From: Candidatus Omnitrophota bacterium
Lineage (GTDB): Bacteria > Omnitrophota > Gorgyraeia > JAHIPI01
Length of the DNA stretch: 64,000 nt
Assembly: GCA_016783745.1 (NCBI GenBank)
Contig: JADHVZ010000006.1
Span: 3,397 to 67,396 of the forward strand
Direction of reading: 5' to 3'
Under the pieces are notes generated by a model that ran no database searches, was not told where the DNA came from, and was given only the letters and a program-made list of their open reading frames with translations. The stretch's first letter is position 1. Each line of letters starts with the position of its first letter. Of the stretch, positions 51,111-61,781 are shown one piece after another. The translations under genes were made by a program, and so were the position numbers.

Positions 51111-52577
51111 TTACGCTTCCTCTATGGCCTTTATCAGCGCCATTGCCTTATTCAACGTCTCCTGATATTCCTTATCCGGATCGGAATCAGCCACTATTCC
51201 CGCGCCCGCCTGGATATACGCCTTGTTCTTCTTGACCAGGATAGTCCTTATAGTGATACAACTGTCTATATTCCCGGAAAAACTGAAATAGCCGACACAT
51301 CCTGAATAAGTCCCGCGCTTCAGATTTTCGAGCTCATCAATGATCTCCATAGCTCTTATCTTAGGGGCGCCTGTCACAGTGCCCGCCGGAAACGATGCCC
51401 TTACCACATCATATATGTTACTGTCCTTTGACAATCTGCCCGTGACATCGCTGACTATGTGCATGACGTGGGAATACTTCTCCACCTTCATCAGTTCGCC
51501 TACGCGCACACTGTTAAACCTTGATACCCTTCCAACATCATTCCGGCCAAGATCCACTAGCATGATATGCTCGGCCCTCTCTTTTGGGTCCCCCAGCAGC
51601 TCTTTCTCAAGCCTGCTATCCTCGCTCTTGTTTCTTCCTCTCGGCCTTGTACCCGCGATCGGCCTTAACTCTATTTTGCCGTCTTCACATCTTACCATTA
51701 TCTCAGGGGATGAACCGATAAGCTTGATGTCTTTGAATCTTAGATAATACATATAAGGCGAAGGATTTATAGAACGCAGCTGTCTGTATATACTGAAGGG
51801 GTCTTTTTTTCCAAGATCGGCTTCCAGTCTTTGAGATAGAACTACCTGTATGATGTCCCCGTTCTTTATATACTCCTTTCCTTTTCTTACGATATCGCCG
51901 AAAGAATTTTTTGTAAAATTCGATCTTATCTTAATTTTGCGGTTTACGGTTTGCGGCTTACGGTTTACTTTCGTGTTCTTCAGAAGCGTTTTTTCTATCT
52001 TAGCTATCTTCTTCAGGGCCTCGCTGTACGCCGCTCGCGGGTTGCGCTTCACATGGACGTTTGAGACTATCTTTATCTTATGCATAATATGGTCGAATAT
52101 CAGAAGCGTGTCGGTAAGTACAAAAATGCAGTCCGGCACTTTAAGATCGTCCGGATTCCTGTCAGGCAGTCTTTCAAAAAACCGAACCATATCATAACCG
52201 ATATAGCCGACAAGGCCTCCGCAAAAACGGGGCAGCCCCTTGATACTTACAAACTTAAACTGAGACATCAGATTTTTTATTTCTTCAAGCGGATCCGAGT
52301 CCGCCTTATAGCGCCTGAGCTTCTCACCCTCCCTTATCTCCACATCCATTCCCTTGCTCCTGAATACCAGTGAAGGATTTGACCCTAAAAAAGAGTACCG
52401 CGCTATTTTTTCTTCACCCTCTACGGACTCAAGAAGATATGAATAATCTCCGGAGTCTATTTTTAAAAAAGAAGATACCGGCGTCTCCAGGTCAGCGCTT
52501 ATTTCCTTATATACGGGAATGACGTTCCCTTTTTTTGAGAGACCGATGAATTCTTTTTTACTCGGATATATCATCAA
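51111..52577 (-). CDS. trpE: Anthranilate synthase component I
   Basis: [34 protein letters not shown] and GAPKIRAM motifs. Confidence 0.96.
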   Translation of the reverse strand: MMIYPSKKEFIGLSKKGNVIPVYKEISADLETPVSSFLKIDSGDYSYLLESVEGEEKIARYSFLGSNPSLVFRSKGMDVEIREGEKLRRYKADSDPLEEIKNLMSQFKFVSIKGLPRFCGGLVGYIGYDMVRFFERLPDRNPDDLKVPDCIFVLTDTLLIFDHIMHKIKIVSNVHVKRNPRAAYSEALKKIAKIEKTLLKNTKVNRKPQTVNRKIKIRSNFTKNSFGDIVRKGKEYIKNGDIIQVVLSQRLEADLGKKDPFSIYRQLRSINPSPYMYYLRFKDIKLIGSSPEIMVRCEDGKIELRPIAGTRPRGRNKSEDSRLEKELLGDPKERAEHIMLVDLGRNDVGRVSRFNSVRVGELMKVEKYSHVMHIVSDVTGRLSKDSNIYDVVRASFPAGTVTGAPKIRAMEIIDELENLKRGTYSGCVGYFSFSGNIDSCITIRTILVKKNKAYIQAGAGIVADSDPDKEYQETLNKAMALIKAIEEA

Positions 52578-52954
52578 TACACCTTGCCAGGATCAAAGAC
52601 TTTCTCTTCTACTGTTTCCAGTCCGCCTTCACCCGTAGCGCGCCTGTAGTAGCATGTAAAGTAGCCCGCATGGCAAGCGGCGACTTTTTGTTCGATCTTA
52701 AGGAGCAGTGACTTTCCCTCGCAATCCATAAGCGCTTCCTTGAGTATCTGGATGTGACCCGAGGTCTCGCCTTTCATCATCAGCCTGCTCTTGGACCTGC
52801 GAAAAAGATACACCTTGCCTTCCTTGAAAGTCATCTCAAGCGACTCCTTGTTCATATAGCATAGCGTCAGCACCTTGCCGGAATCACTATCCTGAATAAC
52901 AGCAGGAATAAGTCCGTCATCGTTAAATTTTAGTTGTTCAATAAATTTGTCCAT
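52574..52954 (-). CDS. hisI: Phosphoribosyl-AMP cyclohydrolase
   Basis: GLIPAVIQD, KGETSGH, DCE..SLL and ACHAG...C motifs. Confidence 0.93.
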   Translation of the reverse strand: MDKFIEQLKFNDDGLIPAVIQDSDSGKVLTLCYMNKESLEMTFKEGKVYLFRRSKSRLMMKGETSGHIQILKEALMDCEGKSLLLKIEQKVAACHAGYFTCYYRRATGEGGLETVEEKVFDPGKVY

Positions 52955-53051
52955 GTTTGCTCCTTAGGTAATGATGATATCCGCTCGGTCGCTTAACAAG
53001 GATTCCACACATGTTAAATGTGCTCTCGAATCGTTTGTTATTTCGCAGAGA

Positions 53052-53122
<71 letters not shown>

Positions 53123-53158
53123 AACAACATGAATTTGCCAAATAAGCTTACTGTTAGT

Positions 53159-53284
53159 AAATCACAAATAACAAATTACAAATAACAAACAAATAACAAG
53201 CACCAAATTCCAAACACATTGTTTTGAATTTTGAATTTGAGATTTTGAATTTGTTTGTGATTTGTTATTTGAAATTTGTTATTT
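53159..53284. repeat. AAAT(A/C/T)AC-family heptamer inverted-arm element
   Basis: Left arm aaatcac aaataac aaattac aaataac... (53159-53215); right arm ...gtgattt gttattt gaaattt gttattt (53221-53284). Confidence 0.88.
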
Positions 53285-53323
53285 CCGTATTTTATGTAAT
53301 TAACACGTATTTCACTTTTTATT

Positions 53324-54088
53324 TCAAATTCGGACAATAACCCCTTTATCACGCAAGTATTCTTTCGTTTCCTGTATCGTATATTCCTTAAAATGAAAGA
53401 TCGATGCGGCGAGGGCCGCGTCAGCCTTGCCTTCTGTCAGCACTTCGCGCATGTGTTCTATATTGCCGCATCCGCCTGAAGCTATGACGGGAATGTTTAC
53501 GGCCTCGCAGATACTTCTCGTCAGTTCGATATCGTAGCCGTCCTTTGTGCCGTCAGCGTCCATGCTTGTAAGAAGGATCTCACCGGCGCCCAGATCCTCC
53601 ACCTTACGGGCCCACTCTATAGCGTCTATCCCCGTCGGAGTCCTGCCGCCGTTAACATATATCTCCCACTTCGCGCCTTCATCCTTTTTTCTCTTCGCGT
53701 CTATCGCCACCACTATGCACTGGCTTCCGAATTTATCCGAAGCCTCCTTCACGAACTCCGGCCGCTTGACAGCCGAAGTGTTAATGGATACTTTATCACA
53801 GCCCGCATTGAGCAGGTCTCTTATATCATCAATATCTCTTATCCCGCCCCCGACCGTAAACGGCATAAACACGCATTTTGCCACACGCTCGACTACATCT
53901 ATCATGATCTTGCGCTTCTCATGAGAAGCCGTTATGTCCAGAAACACAAGTTCATCGGCACCTTCATCATTATAGACCTTTGCCTGCTCTACGGGGTCTC
54001 CGGCATCGCGCAATTGGAGAAATTTTACGCCCTTTACCACTCTACCCTCTTTCACATCAAGGCACGGGATTATTCTTTTTGCAAGCAT
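53324..54088 (-). CDS. hisF: Imidazole glycerol phosphate synthase subunit HisF
   Basis: [28 protein letters not shown] and VIASGG motifs. Confidence 0.98.
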   Translation of the reverse strand: MLAKRIIPCLDVKEGRVVKGVKFLQLRDAGDPVEQAKVYNDEGADELVFLDITASHEKRKIMIDVVERVAKCVFMPFTVGGGIRDIDDIRDLLNAGCDKVSINTSAVKRPEFVKEASDKFGSQCIVVAIDAKRKKDEGAKWEIYVNGGRTPTGIDAIEWARKVEDLGAGEILLTSMDADGTKDGYDIELTRSICEAVNIPVIASGGCGNIEHMREVLTEGKADAALAASIFHFKEYTIQETKEYLRDKGVIVRI

Positions 54089-54801
54089 ATTGAAATAGCC
54101 TCCTTTAGATCAAGCGCGCCCTCGTAAAGCGCCTTCCCCACTATTACGCCGTACAGATTCTTCCTGTCGAGAGCTTTAAGTCTTTTTATATCATCTAATG
54201 ACGATATTCCGCCGGCGGATATTACTGAAATATTGACCTTGCTCAAAAAATCATCCAGCCCGTCAAGATTCGGGCCGCTCAATGTACCGTCCACGGTTAT
54301 ATCCGTGTATATGACCGCGAAGGCCCCGAGGCCTTCTACTTTCTTTGCCAGATCGATAGCCTTTACAGTCGACGCCTTAGTCCAGCCTTGAAGCATTACA
54401 AGACCGTCTCTGGAATCGATCGATACGATTATTTTCTCTCCGTATTTATTTATGGCATCCTTTACAACGTCGACCTCTTCCACGGCCTTACTCCCCAAAA
54501 CCACCTTTGAGGCACCGGATTTAAAAGCTCCGCTAATGTCTTTCTCGCTTCTAAGCCCGCCGCCAAGCTCAACGGGTATGCCGACTGCTTTTACGATTTT
54601 CGCGACCGATCCCGAATTCTTCGGCTTACCGGCCAGAGCGCCGTCCAGATCCACTATATGCAGTGTACTTGCCCCCTGATCCTGCCAGTTTTTCGCGATC
54701 CTCACCGGATCATCGGAATAAACCTTTACCTGCTGGTAATCTCCCCTTGTTAAACGCACTACCTTTCCGTCCTTCAGATCGATGGCCGGTATTATCTGCA
54801 T
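54070..54801 (-). CDS. hisA: ProFAR isomerase
   Basis: [23 protein letters not shown] and YTDI..DGTL.GPN motifs. Confidence 0.97.
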   Translation of the reverse strand: MQIIPAIDLKDGKVVRLTRGDYQQVKVYSDDPVRIAKNWQDQGASTLHIVDLDGALAGKPKNSGSVAKIVKAVGIPVELGGGLRSEKDISGAFKSGASKVVLGSKAVEEVDVVKDAINKYGEKIIVSIDSRDGLVMLQGWTKASTVKAIDLAKKVEGLGAFAVIYTDITVDGTLSGPNLDGLDDFLSKVNISVISAGGISSLDDIKRLKALDRKNLYGVIVGKALYEGALDLKEAISICLQKE

Positions 54802-55406
54802 TATAACCTCATAAAATTCTCCAGAAACTTTAATCCCGCTTTCTGGCTTTTCTCGGGGTGAAACTGGACAGCGTACAGATTCTCATCCCAGACCATGGAG
54901 GCAAAATCCCCGCCATAGTCAGTAGCGGCCGCGACTATGGCGCTGTCTTTCGGCCTTACATAATAAGAATGCACAAAATAAAAAAATGAATCCTGCTCAA
55001 TACCGTTAAAAAGAGAACATCCGCTTTTTTTTATCTTTACCTGATTCCATCCTATCTGCGGCACCTTGATGCCTCCTGAGGAGAATTTGACTACATCTCC
55101 TTTAAGGATACCCAGGCCTTCGCATCCGCCGCCTTCTTCGCTTCTCTCAAAAAGCAGCTCATACCCTAAGCATATTCCGAGATATGGCTTTTTTCTCTTT
55201 ATCTCGTCCTTAAGCGGCTCGATAAGGCCCAATCGTTTAAGGGCGTTCATCGCGTCCTTAAAAGCGCCCACTCCGGGTAGTACTATCTTAGCCGCCCCGC
55301 TCAAGTCCGCGCCCTTCTGGGTGATCACGACATCGCCACCTAAATATTCCAGGGCCTTAGATACGCTGCCTAAGTTGCCCATCTCATAATCAATAACAGC
55401 TATCAT
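54801..55406 (-). CDS. hisH: Imidazole glycerol phosphate synthase subunit HisH
   Basis: DYEMGNL.SV, LPGVGAF, GICLG, YFVHSY and QFHPEKS motifs. Confidence 0.97.
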   Translation of the reverse strand: MIAVIDYEMGNLGSVSKALEYLGGDVVITQKGADLSGAAKIVLPGVGAFKDAMNALKRLGLIEPLKDEIKRKKPYLGICLGYELLFERSEEGGGCEGLGILKGDVVKFSSGGIKVPQIGWNQVKIKKSGCSLFNGIEQDSFFYFVHSYYVRPKDSAIVAAATDYGGDFASMVWDENLYAVQFHPEKSQKAGLKFLENFMRL

Positions 55407-56014
55407 TCGTCCGCGATTATCCCTTTTGTGGATGGAATTTCTTTTCTTCTGGGGTCTATCTGAGTAGCATGGTCAAGGGCCACGCCAAATGCCTTGAAAA
55501 CCGCCTCAAGCACATGGTGCAGATCACTTCCTGTAAATATCTCAACATGCAAATTTATGTTAAGCTTTTTAGCGAAACTGTCAAGGAAGTCTAATCCGTC
55601 ATTAAACGTATAACCCTTTTCCTCGCCCAGCGCCGGTATGATTGTCTGAGGAAAATGTTTTTCAAACGCAAACCGGTTGCTGATGTCCACCACCACCTTT
55701 GCCCTTGCCTTATCCATTGGGATTTCCGAAGAACCGAAACGTTTGATGCCCTTACAATCCCCCAGCGCTCTTTTAAAGGCCATGCCCAAAGCAATGCCTA
55801 TATCCTCATTAGTGTGGTGCATATCCACATTTAAATCGCCCGTCGCCTTCAGCTCAAGATCAAATAGCCCGTGGAAGGTAAACAATTCCAGCATGTGATC
55901 AAGAAAGCCTATACCGGTCTTTATGTCGGAATCCCCATTACCGTCTAAAACCAGTTTGCCGGATATATCAGTTTCTTTTGTCTTTCTTTGTATTTCAGCG
56001 GTCCTTGGTTTCAT
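55403..56014 (-). CDS. hisB: Imidazoleglycerol-phosphate dehydratase
   Basis: RKTKETDI, TGIGFLDHML, HHTNED, HHVLEA.FK and PSTKG motifs. Confidence 0.96.
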   Translation of the reverse strand: MKPRTAEIQRKTKETDISGKLVLDGNGDSDIKTGIGFLDHMLELFTFHGLFDLELKATGDLNVDMHHTNEDIGIALGMAFKRALGDCKGIKRFGSSEIPMDKARAKVVVDISNRFAFEKHFPQTIIPALGEEKGYTFNDGLDFLDSFAKKLNINLHVEIFTGSDLHHVLEAVFKAFGVALDHATQIDPRRKEIPSTKGIIADE

Positions 56015-56041
56015 GGATTGACCTTTCTTGACATATTTTTT

Positions 56042-56124
56042 AGGTTAACGGTGTACGGTTTTCGGTTTACGGTTTTCAAAATCCCACGGTTGTTCCGTAA
56101 ACCGTACACCGAAAACCGTAAACC
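56042..56124. repeat. CGGTT-family heptamer inverted-arm element
   Basis: cggtgta cggtttt cggttta cggtttt, spacer caaaatcccacggttgttccg, then taaaccg tacaccg aaaaccg taaacc. Confidence 0.88.
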
Positions 56125-56125
56125 T

Positions 56126-57346
56126 TCACTTAAACCTCACCTTGATCGATTCCAGATGCTTGGGAAGGCCTTCCATCGCCGCGAGCCTCTCCAGGCTTCC
56201 GCGTGCCTTCTCCAGCCCTTTTTTTGTATAGCTTATTATGTGCGAGCTTTTTGTAAAATCACTCAGCCCCAGTCCTGAGAAAAACCTCGCGGTCCCGCCT
56301 GTGGGTAGTACATGAGAAGGTCCGGCGACATAATCCCCTACGGCAGTAGGTGAATATGAACCTATGAATATAGCGCCCGCGTTCCTTATCTTCTTTATGA
56401 CTTTCTTAGGGCTTCTTATCTGGATCTCAAGGTGCTCAGGAGCCAGATCATTGATGGCATCCACCGCCTCATCGAGATTCTTCGCTAAGATGATATACCC
56501 CTGCTCTACTTCCTTCTTCACTGTCTTCGCCAGCTTTTTTGAGGTAGTCACAAGCACAGAAAGCCCGCCGTAATGTTCGCCCTGAGCAAGAAGATCCGCC
56601 TTTACATAGTCAAAATTCGCGTGCTGGTCGGCGAGCACCACTACCTCGCTGGGGCCGGCTATCATATCTATGCCGCAATAACCGAAAACCTGCCTCTTCG
56701 CCTCAGTCACGTATTGATTCCCGGGGCCCACTATCTTGTCGACTTTCGGAATAGTCTTTGTGCCAAAAGCCAGCGCGCCGATAGCCTGAGCTCCGCCGAT
56801 CTTGTATATCTCATCCACTTTCAAGAGATTCGCGACTACTAATATGTGAGGGTCAACGCTCTTATATTTATTAGGAGGCGTCGCGAGCGCCACTCTTTTT
56901 ACTCCGGCAAGCCTCGCCGGCAGCACCGTCATATAAACGCTTGAAATAAGCGGCACTGTTCCGCTTGGCACATATACGCCGACGGAATCAAGCGGCTGAT
57001 ACTTTTCCCCCAGCACTACACCGTCGTCATCTTTTATTTTCCAGGACTTTCTGATCTGCTTTTTGTAGAATCTGCTTATATTATCTATGACAAGTTTAAG
57101 ATTTGTCACGAAATCCGGGCTTATATCCTGATATGCGCCGTTTGTCTCACTTTCGGATACTCTGAGTTCCTTAGGAGCCAGCTTCACCTTGTCGAATTTC
57201 CTGGTATATCTTAAGATAGCGTCGTCTCCTCGCAGCCTTACGTCTTCAAGTATCTTTTCGACACTCGCGGCTACTCTTTTATTTTTCGTAAAATTGCGAG
57301 AACATAATCTTTCGTATCTTTTACCCGTAACTTTTATAAGTCTCAC
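56126..57346 (-). CDS. hisD: Histidinol dehydrogenase
   Basis: GGAQAIGALAFGT, KIVGPGN.YV, IDMIAGPSE, APEHLE and GDYVAGPSHVLPT motifs. Confidence 0.96.
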   Translation of the reverse strand: MRLIKVTGKRYERLCSRNFTKNKRVAASVEKILEDVRLRGDDAILRYTRKFDKVKLAPKELRVSESETNGAYQDISPDFVTNLKLVIDNISRFYKKQIRKSWKIKDDDGVVLGEKYQPLDSVGVYVPSGTVPLISSVYMTVLPARLAGVKRVALATPPNKYKSVDPHILVVANLLKVDEIYKIGGAQAIGALAFGTKTIPKVDKIVGPGNQYVTEAKRQVFGYCGIDMIAGPSEVVVLADQHANFDYVKADLLAQGEHYGGLSVLVTTSKKLAKTVKKEVEQGYIILAKNLDEAVDAINDLAPEHLEIQIRSPKKVIKKIRNAGAIFIGSYSPTAVGDYVAGPSHVLPTGGTARFFSGLGLSDFTKSSHIISYTKKGLEKARGSLERLAAMEGLPKHLESIKVRFK

Positions 57347-59991
57347 TTTTCAAGCTCCTCCCGCACTACATCGCCCGCCTTCTCCAGCGCCTCGTCAAGT
57401 TTAGTCATATCCTTGCCTCCGGCCTGCGCGAAATCAGCCCTTCCTCCGCCTGAGCCGCCCACTATTTGAGCTATTTTCTTAATAACATCGCTCGCGCTGA
57501 CTTTATCCGTGATCTCTTTGCTGACGGCGCACACAAGGGCCACTTTACCTTTGACTTCGGATCCGAGGACAATGATAGACGCTCCTATCCTGTTTTTTAT
57601 ATTGTCGGTCATAGTCCTCAATGAACCGATGTTCATATTCTGAAGCCTGGAAGAGATCACCTTGACGCCGTTTATCTCCCGTGAACCCCGGATCAACTCA
57701 TCTATATTCATGGATGCGCGCCCGCTTTGAAGGTCAGAGACCTCTTTCTCAAGGCTTCGTATCTTTAATGCGGCGTCTACCGCCGCCTTGACTACATCTT
57801 TCGGCGATGTCTTAAGGGCTAAAGCCACATCGCTCATAATATCCTCATCTGATTTTACGCTTCGATACGCGCCCCTGCCGGTAAGCGCTTCTATACGCCG
57901 TATCCCGCCGGCTATAGAGCTTTCGCTCGTGATGCGGAAAAGCCCGATCTCACCTGTCGAGTCCAGATGAGTGCCTCCGCATAGTTCTTTCGAGTAATCC
58001 CCGACGGAGACCATACGCACACTCTTGCCGTATTTCTCCCCGAAAAGGGCAATAGCCCCCTTCTTTTTTGCCTCTTCAATCTTTAATTGCTCGCCTTTTA
58101 CTTTTATGTTTGCCCTCACAAGCTCATTTACGAGCCCTTCTATTCTGTCGAGTTCGCGTTTTCCCGCTGACTTAAAGTGTGTGAAGTCGAATCTTAACCT
58201 GTCCCTGGCTACAAGCGATCCGGACTGCTTGACATGCTTGCCCAGGACCTCTCTAAGCGCGTAATGAAGCAAGTGAGTCGCCGTATGATTGCGCGCTATA
58301 TCCAGACGTGAATCCCTGTCGACTATAGCTTTGACCTTACTCTTTTCGCTTATGCTGCCTTTGAGGACCTCGCAAATATGCACTATAATGCCCCCGGCCT
58401 TCCTGGCGTCATCAACCCTTACCTTTACTTTCTTGCTGATAATGACCCCGGAATCACCGATCTGCCCTCCGGCTTCACCATAGAAGGGAGTCTTATCCAA
58501 TATGAGCTCTATTTTTTCGCCTTCTTTTGCCACTTTTACCCTTTTCCCCCTTGCAACGATCGCCGTAACTGCCGCATCTGATCCACAAGTCTTATGGCCG
58601 GTAAAGTCTGTGGGCTTTAATGCCTCTGACAGCTTCTTAAGCGCATCCTCATCTCTTGAATTATCGAATATCGAAGACTTAAGTTTGCTCTTTGATCTGG
58701 CCAATTTTCTCTGCTTTTCCATTGCCTTCTCATACCCCTTTTTATCTATTGAGAGGCCTTCTGACTTAGCAAGCTCCTCGGTCAGCTCTACCGGAAATCC
58801 GTATGTATCATATAATTTAAAGGCATCTTCACCCGAAAGCTCGCTTTTGCCGCTCTGTTTTAAATCCTCGATAATACTCTCAAGCACTCTTGTGCCTTCT
58901 TCAAGGGTATTCTGAAATCTTTTTTCCTCATTCAGGATCACATCCGCTATGCCCTCTCTCATCGTCTCAAGGGCCGGATAGGGCTCCCTCATGACCTTCG
59001 CCACTGACGGAACAAGTTTATACAAAAACGGTAGTCCTATACCAAGCTCTTTTCCGGTCCTGAAGGCCCTTCTTATGAGCATCCTCTCTACGTATCCTCT
59101 TCCCTCATTCGAAGGCAAAATACCGTCGGAGATCATAAATGAGACGGCTTTTATGTGGTCCGCTATCGCCTTGACGCGCGGATCATCATGGGCACATTCA
59201 CTTCCGGTGAGATCCCTGATCACTCCGGTAATAGGCGTAAACAGGTCTGTCTCAAAATTATTGGACACACCCTGCATCACGGCTGCCACTCTTTCAAGCC
59301 CCATTCCCGTATCTATATTTTTACTCTTTAAGGGTTTAAGCTTATTTTTGCCGACTCTGTTAAACTGCGTGAATACCAGGTTCCAGACCTCCACAAACCT
59401 ATCGCAGCCGCATGAAGGTTCGCAATCCTCGCCCTTATTACATCCCGCATCTTTCCCCTGATCGTAAAATATCTCGCTGCAGGGCCCGCAGGGCCCGTTA
59501 GGCCCTTCTTCAGGGGCGTTTGCCGGCCAGAAATTATCATCCGCGCCGTAGCGCTTTATTTTATGTTCAGGGACCTTTATTAGATCCCTCCAGACTTCAT
59601 AGGCTTCTTCATCGTCTTTGTAAACGGAGACCCATAATCTCTCCGGCGGAAGCTTAAGCTCCTTTGTCATAAATTCCCAGCCCCATTCAATAGCTTCCTT
59701 CTTAAAATAATCCCCGAAAGAAAAATTGCCGAGCATCTCGAAGAAGGTGTGGTGCCCGGCTGTCTTTCCGACATTATTCAAGTCACCCGTCCTGAGACAC
59801 TTCTGACAGGATGTAGCGCGCTTAAATGAGATATTGATGCCCATGAACTGCTCCTTGAACTGGTTCATGCCGGCACCGGTGAAGAGTACGGAGGGGTCAT
59901 TAGCGGGAACTAATGAATCGCTCGCGACTACCTTATGCTTTTTTGATTTAAAAAACTTAAGATATTTAAGTCTGATCTCGTCTGCTGTCAT
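57343..59991 (-). CDS. alaS: Alanine--tRNA ligase
   Basis: AGMNQFK, HHTFFEMLGNFSFGDYFK, IDTGMGLER, NHTATHLLH, ELCGGTH and GGSGGG motifs. Confidence 0.98.
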   Translation of the reverse strand: MTADEIRLKYLKFFKSKKHKVVASDSLVPANDPSVLFTGAGMNQFKEQFMGINISFKRATSCQKCLRTGDLNNVGKTAGHHTFFEMLGNFSFGDYFKKEAIEWGWEFMTKELKLPPERLWVSVYKDDEEAYEVWRDLIKVPEHKIKRYGADDNFWPANAPEEGPNGPCGPCSEIFYDQGKDAGCNKGEDCEPSCGCDRFVEVWNLVFTQFNRVGKNKLKPLKSKNIDTGMGLERVAAVMQGVSNNFETDLFTPITGVIRDLTGSECAHDDPRVKAIADHIKAVSFMISDGILPSNEGRGYVERMLIRRAFRTGKELGIGLPFLYKLVPSVAKVMREPYPALETMREGIADVILNEEKRFQNTLEEGTRVLESIIEDLKQSGKSELSGEDAFKLYDTYGFPVELTEELAKSEGLSIDKKGYEKAMEKQRKLARSKSKLKSSIFDNSRDEDALKKLSEALKPTDFTGHKTCGSDAAVTAIVARGKRVKVAKEGEKIELILDKTPFYGEAGGQIGDSGVIISKKVKVRVDDARKAGGIIVHICEVLKGSISEKSKVKAIVDRDSRLDIARNHTATHLLHYALREVLGKHVKQSGSLVARDRLRFDFTHFKSAGKRELDRIEGLVNELVRANIKVKGEQLKIEEAKKKGAIALFGEKYGKSVRMVSVGDYSKELCGGTHLDSTGEIGLFRITSESSIAGGIRRIEALTGRGAYRSVKSDEDIMSDVALALKTSPKDVVKAAVDAALKIRSLEKEVSDLQSGRASMNIDELIRGSREINGVKVISSRLQNMNIGSLRTMTDNIKNRIGASIIVLGSEVKGKVALVCAVSKEITDKVSASDVIKKIAQIVGGSGGGRADFAQAGGKDMTKLDEALEKAGDVVREELEK

Positions 59992-60004
59992 ACGTCAATA
60001 CTTA

Positions 60005-60448
60005 TCACTTGGCCTGGTGCATTTTTTTGATGAGGATATTGAATTTGCCTGCCAGGTCGTTTACGGAATCATTCTTTCTGAAATGAAGAAGATCCACCTT
60101 CTCTCCCTTCACAAGCTTATCGATGGTCTCTTCCATTTTATAGACAGGGCCCGCGATATGATGCGAAAACCTTATCCCTATATACGACAAAAGGATCGCC
60201 GTTATTACAACAAGGGAGGTCAACGCGTGGACCGAAAAACTGAGCGTGCCCTGAATATCGACATCCGCGATCATTGTCTCACCCATAATACGCTGCATAG
60301 CGTAAAGATAGGTCTTGTTTACTATATATAGCGAGCTTCCGAGCAATACGATCGGAATGATCGCCAATAACAGTAGTAGCACTACAAACTGTAGCTGGAT
60401 CCGCTTGTTTACCAAATAATGTGTACGCCTGTTCCATGGTATCATCAT
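60005..60448 (-). CDS. Two-TM membrane protein with a HAMP-like C-terminus
   Basis: R...LV....Q..F N-terminus, two TM helices, SHHIAGP.Y and FRKND...DLA..FN. Confidence 0.7.
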   Translation of the reverse strand: MMIPWNRRTHYLVNKRIQLQFVVLLLLLAIIPIVLLGSSLYIVNKTYLYAMQRIMGETMIADVDIQGTLSFSVHALTSLVVITAILLSYIGIRFSHHIAGPVYKMEETIDKLVKGEKVDLLHFRKNDSVNDLAGKFNILIKKMHQAK

Positions 60449-60522
60449 CGCTTCTTTCCTTCCTGGCCTCTTTCTTAAAGCTGAAACTGGTCTATTTTTT
60501 TATCCAATCTAACATTGTATAT

Positions 60523-61551
60523 TTACACCATCTGGTTTCTTATCTCTTTTTCTATTTTTTCAAGCACCTTCGGGTTTTGCTTGAGAAATAAGCGGGCATT
60601 CTCCCGTCCCTGGCCTATCTTTTCTTCTCCGAAAGCTATCCAGTTGCCGGTTCTTTTAAGAATGCCCATGCTTTCGGCCGCATCCAGAACGCCTCCGGTG
60701 CGGGAGATGCCTTCATCAAACATTATGTCGAATTCCGATTTCCTGAATGGCGGGGCTACTTTATTCTTGACCACATTCGCGCGGACCCTTGAGCCCACGA
60801 TCTCATCACCTTTCTTAAGTGAACCTATTCTTCTGAGATCGATCCTGACCGAAGAATAAAATTTCAAGGCGCGGCCTCCGGTTGTGGTCTCCGGATTGCC
60901 GAACATGACACCTATCTTCATCCTTATCTGGTTGATGAATATAACGCAGGTCTTTGATTTGCTTATACAGCCTGTGAGTTTTCTAAGCGCCTGGCTCATC
61001 AATCTGGCCTGAAGCCCCATGTGAGACTGGCCCATCTCGCCTTCGATCTCAGCTCTTGGGGTAAGGGCCGCTACAGAGTCAACTACTACAACATCAACAG
61101 CATTGCTGCGGACAAGGGTCTCGGCTATGTCCAGCGCCTGTTCCCCTGTATCAGGCTGGGATATCAATAACTCATCAAGATTAACGCCGATTTTCTTAGC
61201 GTAAGCAGCGTCGAAGGCGTGTTCAGCGTCTATGAAAGCGGCCTGGCCGCCCATTTTTTGCGCCTGTGATATTATGGACAATGTAAGAGTTGTCTTGCCG
61301 CTGGCTTCAGGCCCGAATATCTCTGTGACCCTGCCCCGCGGTAAACCGCCGACGCCTAACGCCATGTCCAGAAGCGCGGTTCCGGTAGGAATGCTGGGGA
61401 CATTAACCTTAAACCCATCACCTAACCTCATAATGGAGCCTTTGCCAAACTGCTTCTCGATCTGATTAATGGCCAGGCCCAGCGCTTTAGTCTTATTCTC
61501 TTTTTCGTCCTTTTTATCCTGAACCTCTTTGACCTCTATGACTTTGACCAT
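60523..61551 (-). CDS. recA: Recombinase A
   Basis: [30 protein letters not shown] and [12 protein letters not shown] motifs. Confidence 0.98.
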   Translation of the reverse strand: MVKVIEVKEVQDKKDEKENKTKALGLAINQIEKQFGKGSIMRLGDGFKVNVPSIPTGTALLDMALGVGGLPRGRVTEIFGPEASGKTTLTLSIISQAQKMGGQAAFIDAEHAFDAAYAKKIGVNLDELLISQPDTGEQALDIAETLVRSNAVDVVVVDSVAALTPRAEIEGEMGQSHMGLQARLMSQALRKLTGCISKSKTCVIFINQIRMKIGVMFGNPETTTGGRALKFYSSVRIDLRRIGSLKKGDEIVGSRVRANVVKNKVAPPFRKSEFDIMFDEGISRTGGVLDAAESMGILKRTGNWIAFGEEKIGQGRENARLFLKQNPKVLEKIEKEIRNQMV

Positions 61552-61591
61552 GTAAACACCTCCTAATTTGTCTTAATAATATTAGACTGTT

Positions 61592-61620
61592 ATTATACAT
61601 CCCTGCTAACTTTTTGTAAA
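61592..61620 (-). promoter_or_regulatory. Sigma70 promoter of recA
   Basis: TTTACA-N17-TATAAT upstream of an AGGAGG RBS. Confidence 0.65.
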
Positions 61621-61723
61621 GTGTATTATTGGGCATTTCAGCTCATATGCATCACCTCCTCACCTATATATACGTTTGAAACGGCGATTTCTTACATTAT
61701 TTTTTAAAAAAATACGCAAAGGC

Positions 61724-61752
61724 TTGTCTTATGCTTGATAATAAGCTATAAT
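61724..61752 (+). promoter_or_regulatory. Sigma70 promoter of cinA
   Basis: TTGTCT-N17-TATAAT. Confidence 0.6.
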
Positions 61753-61781
61753 TAGATATATTCGATCAGAAAGATGAGGCG

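Noticed and set aside
61552-61781. Canonical LexA box upstream of recA
   Set aside because: No CTGT-N8-ACAG, GAAC-N4-GTTC or TGTTC-N4-GAACA match was found.
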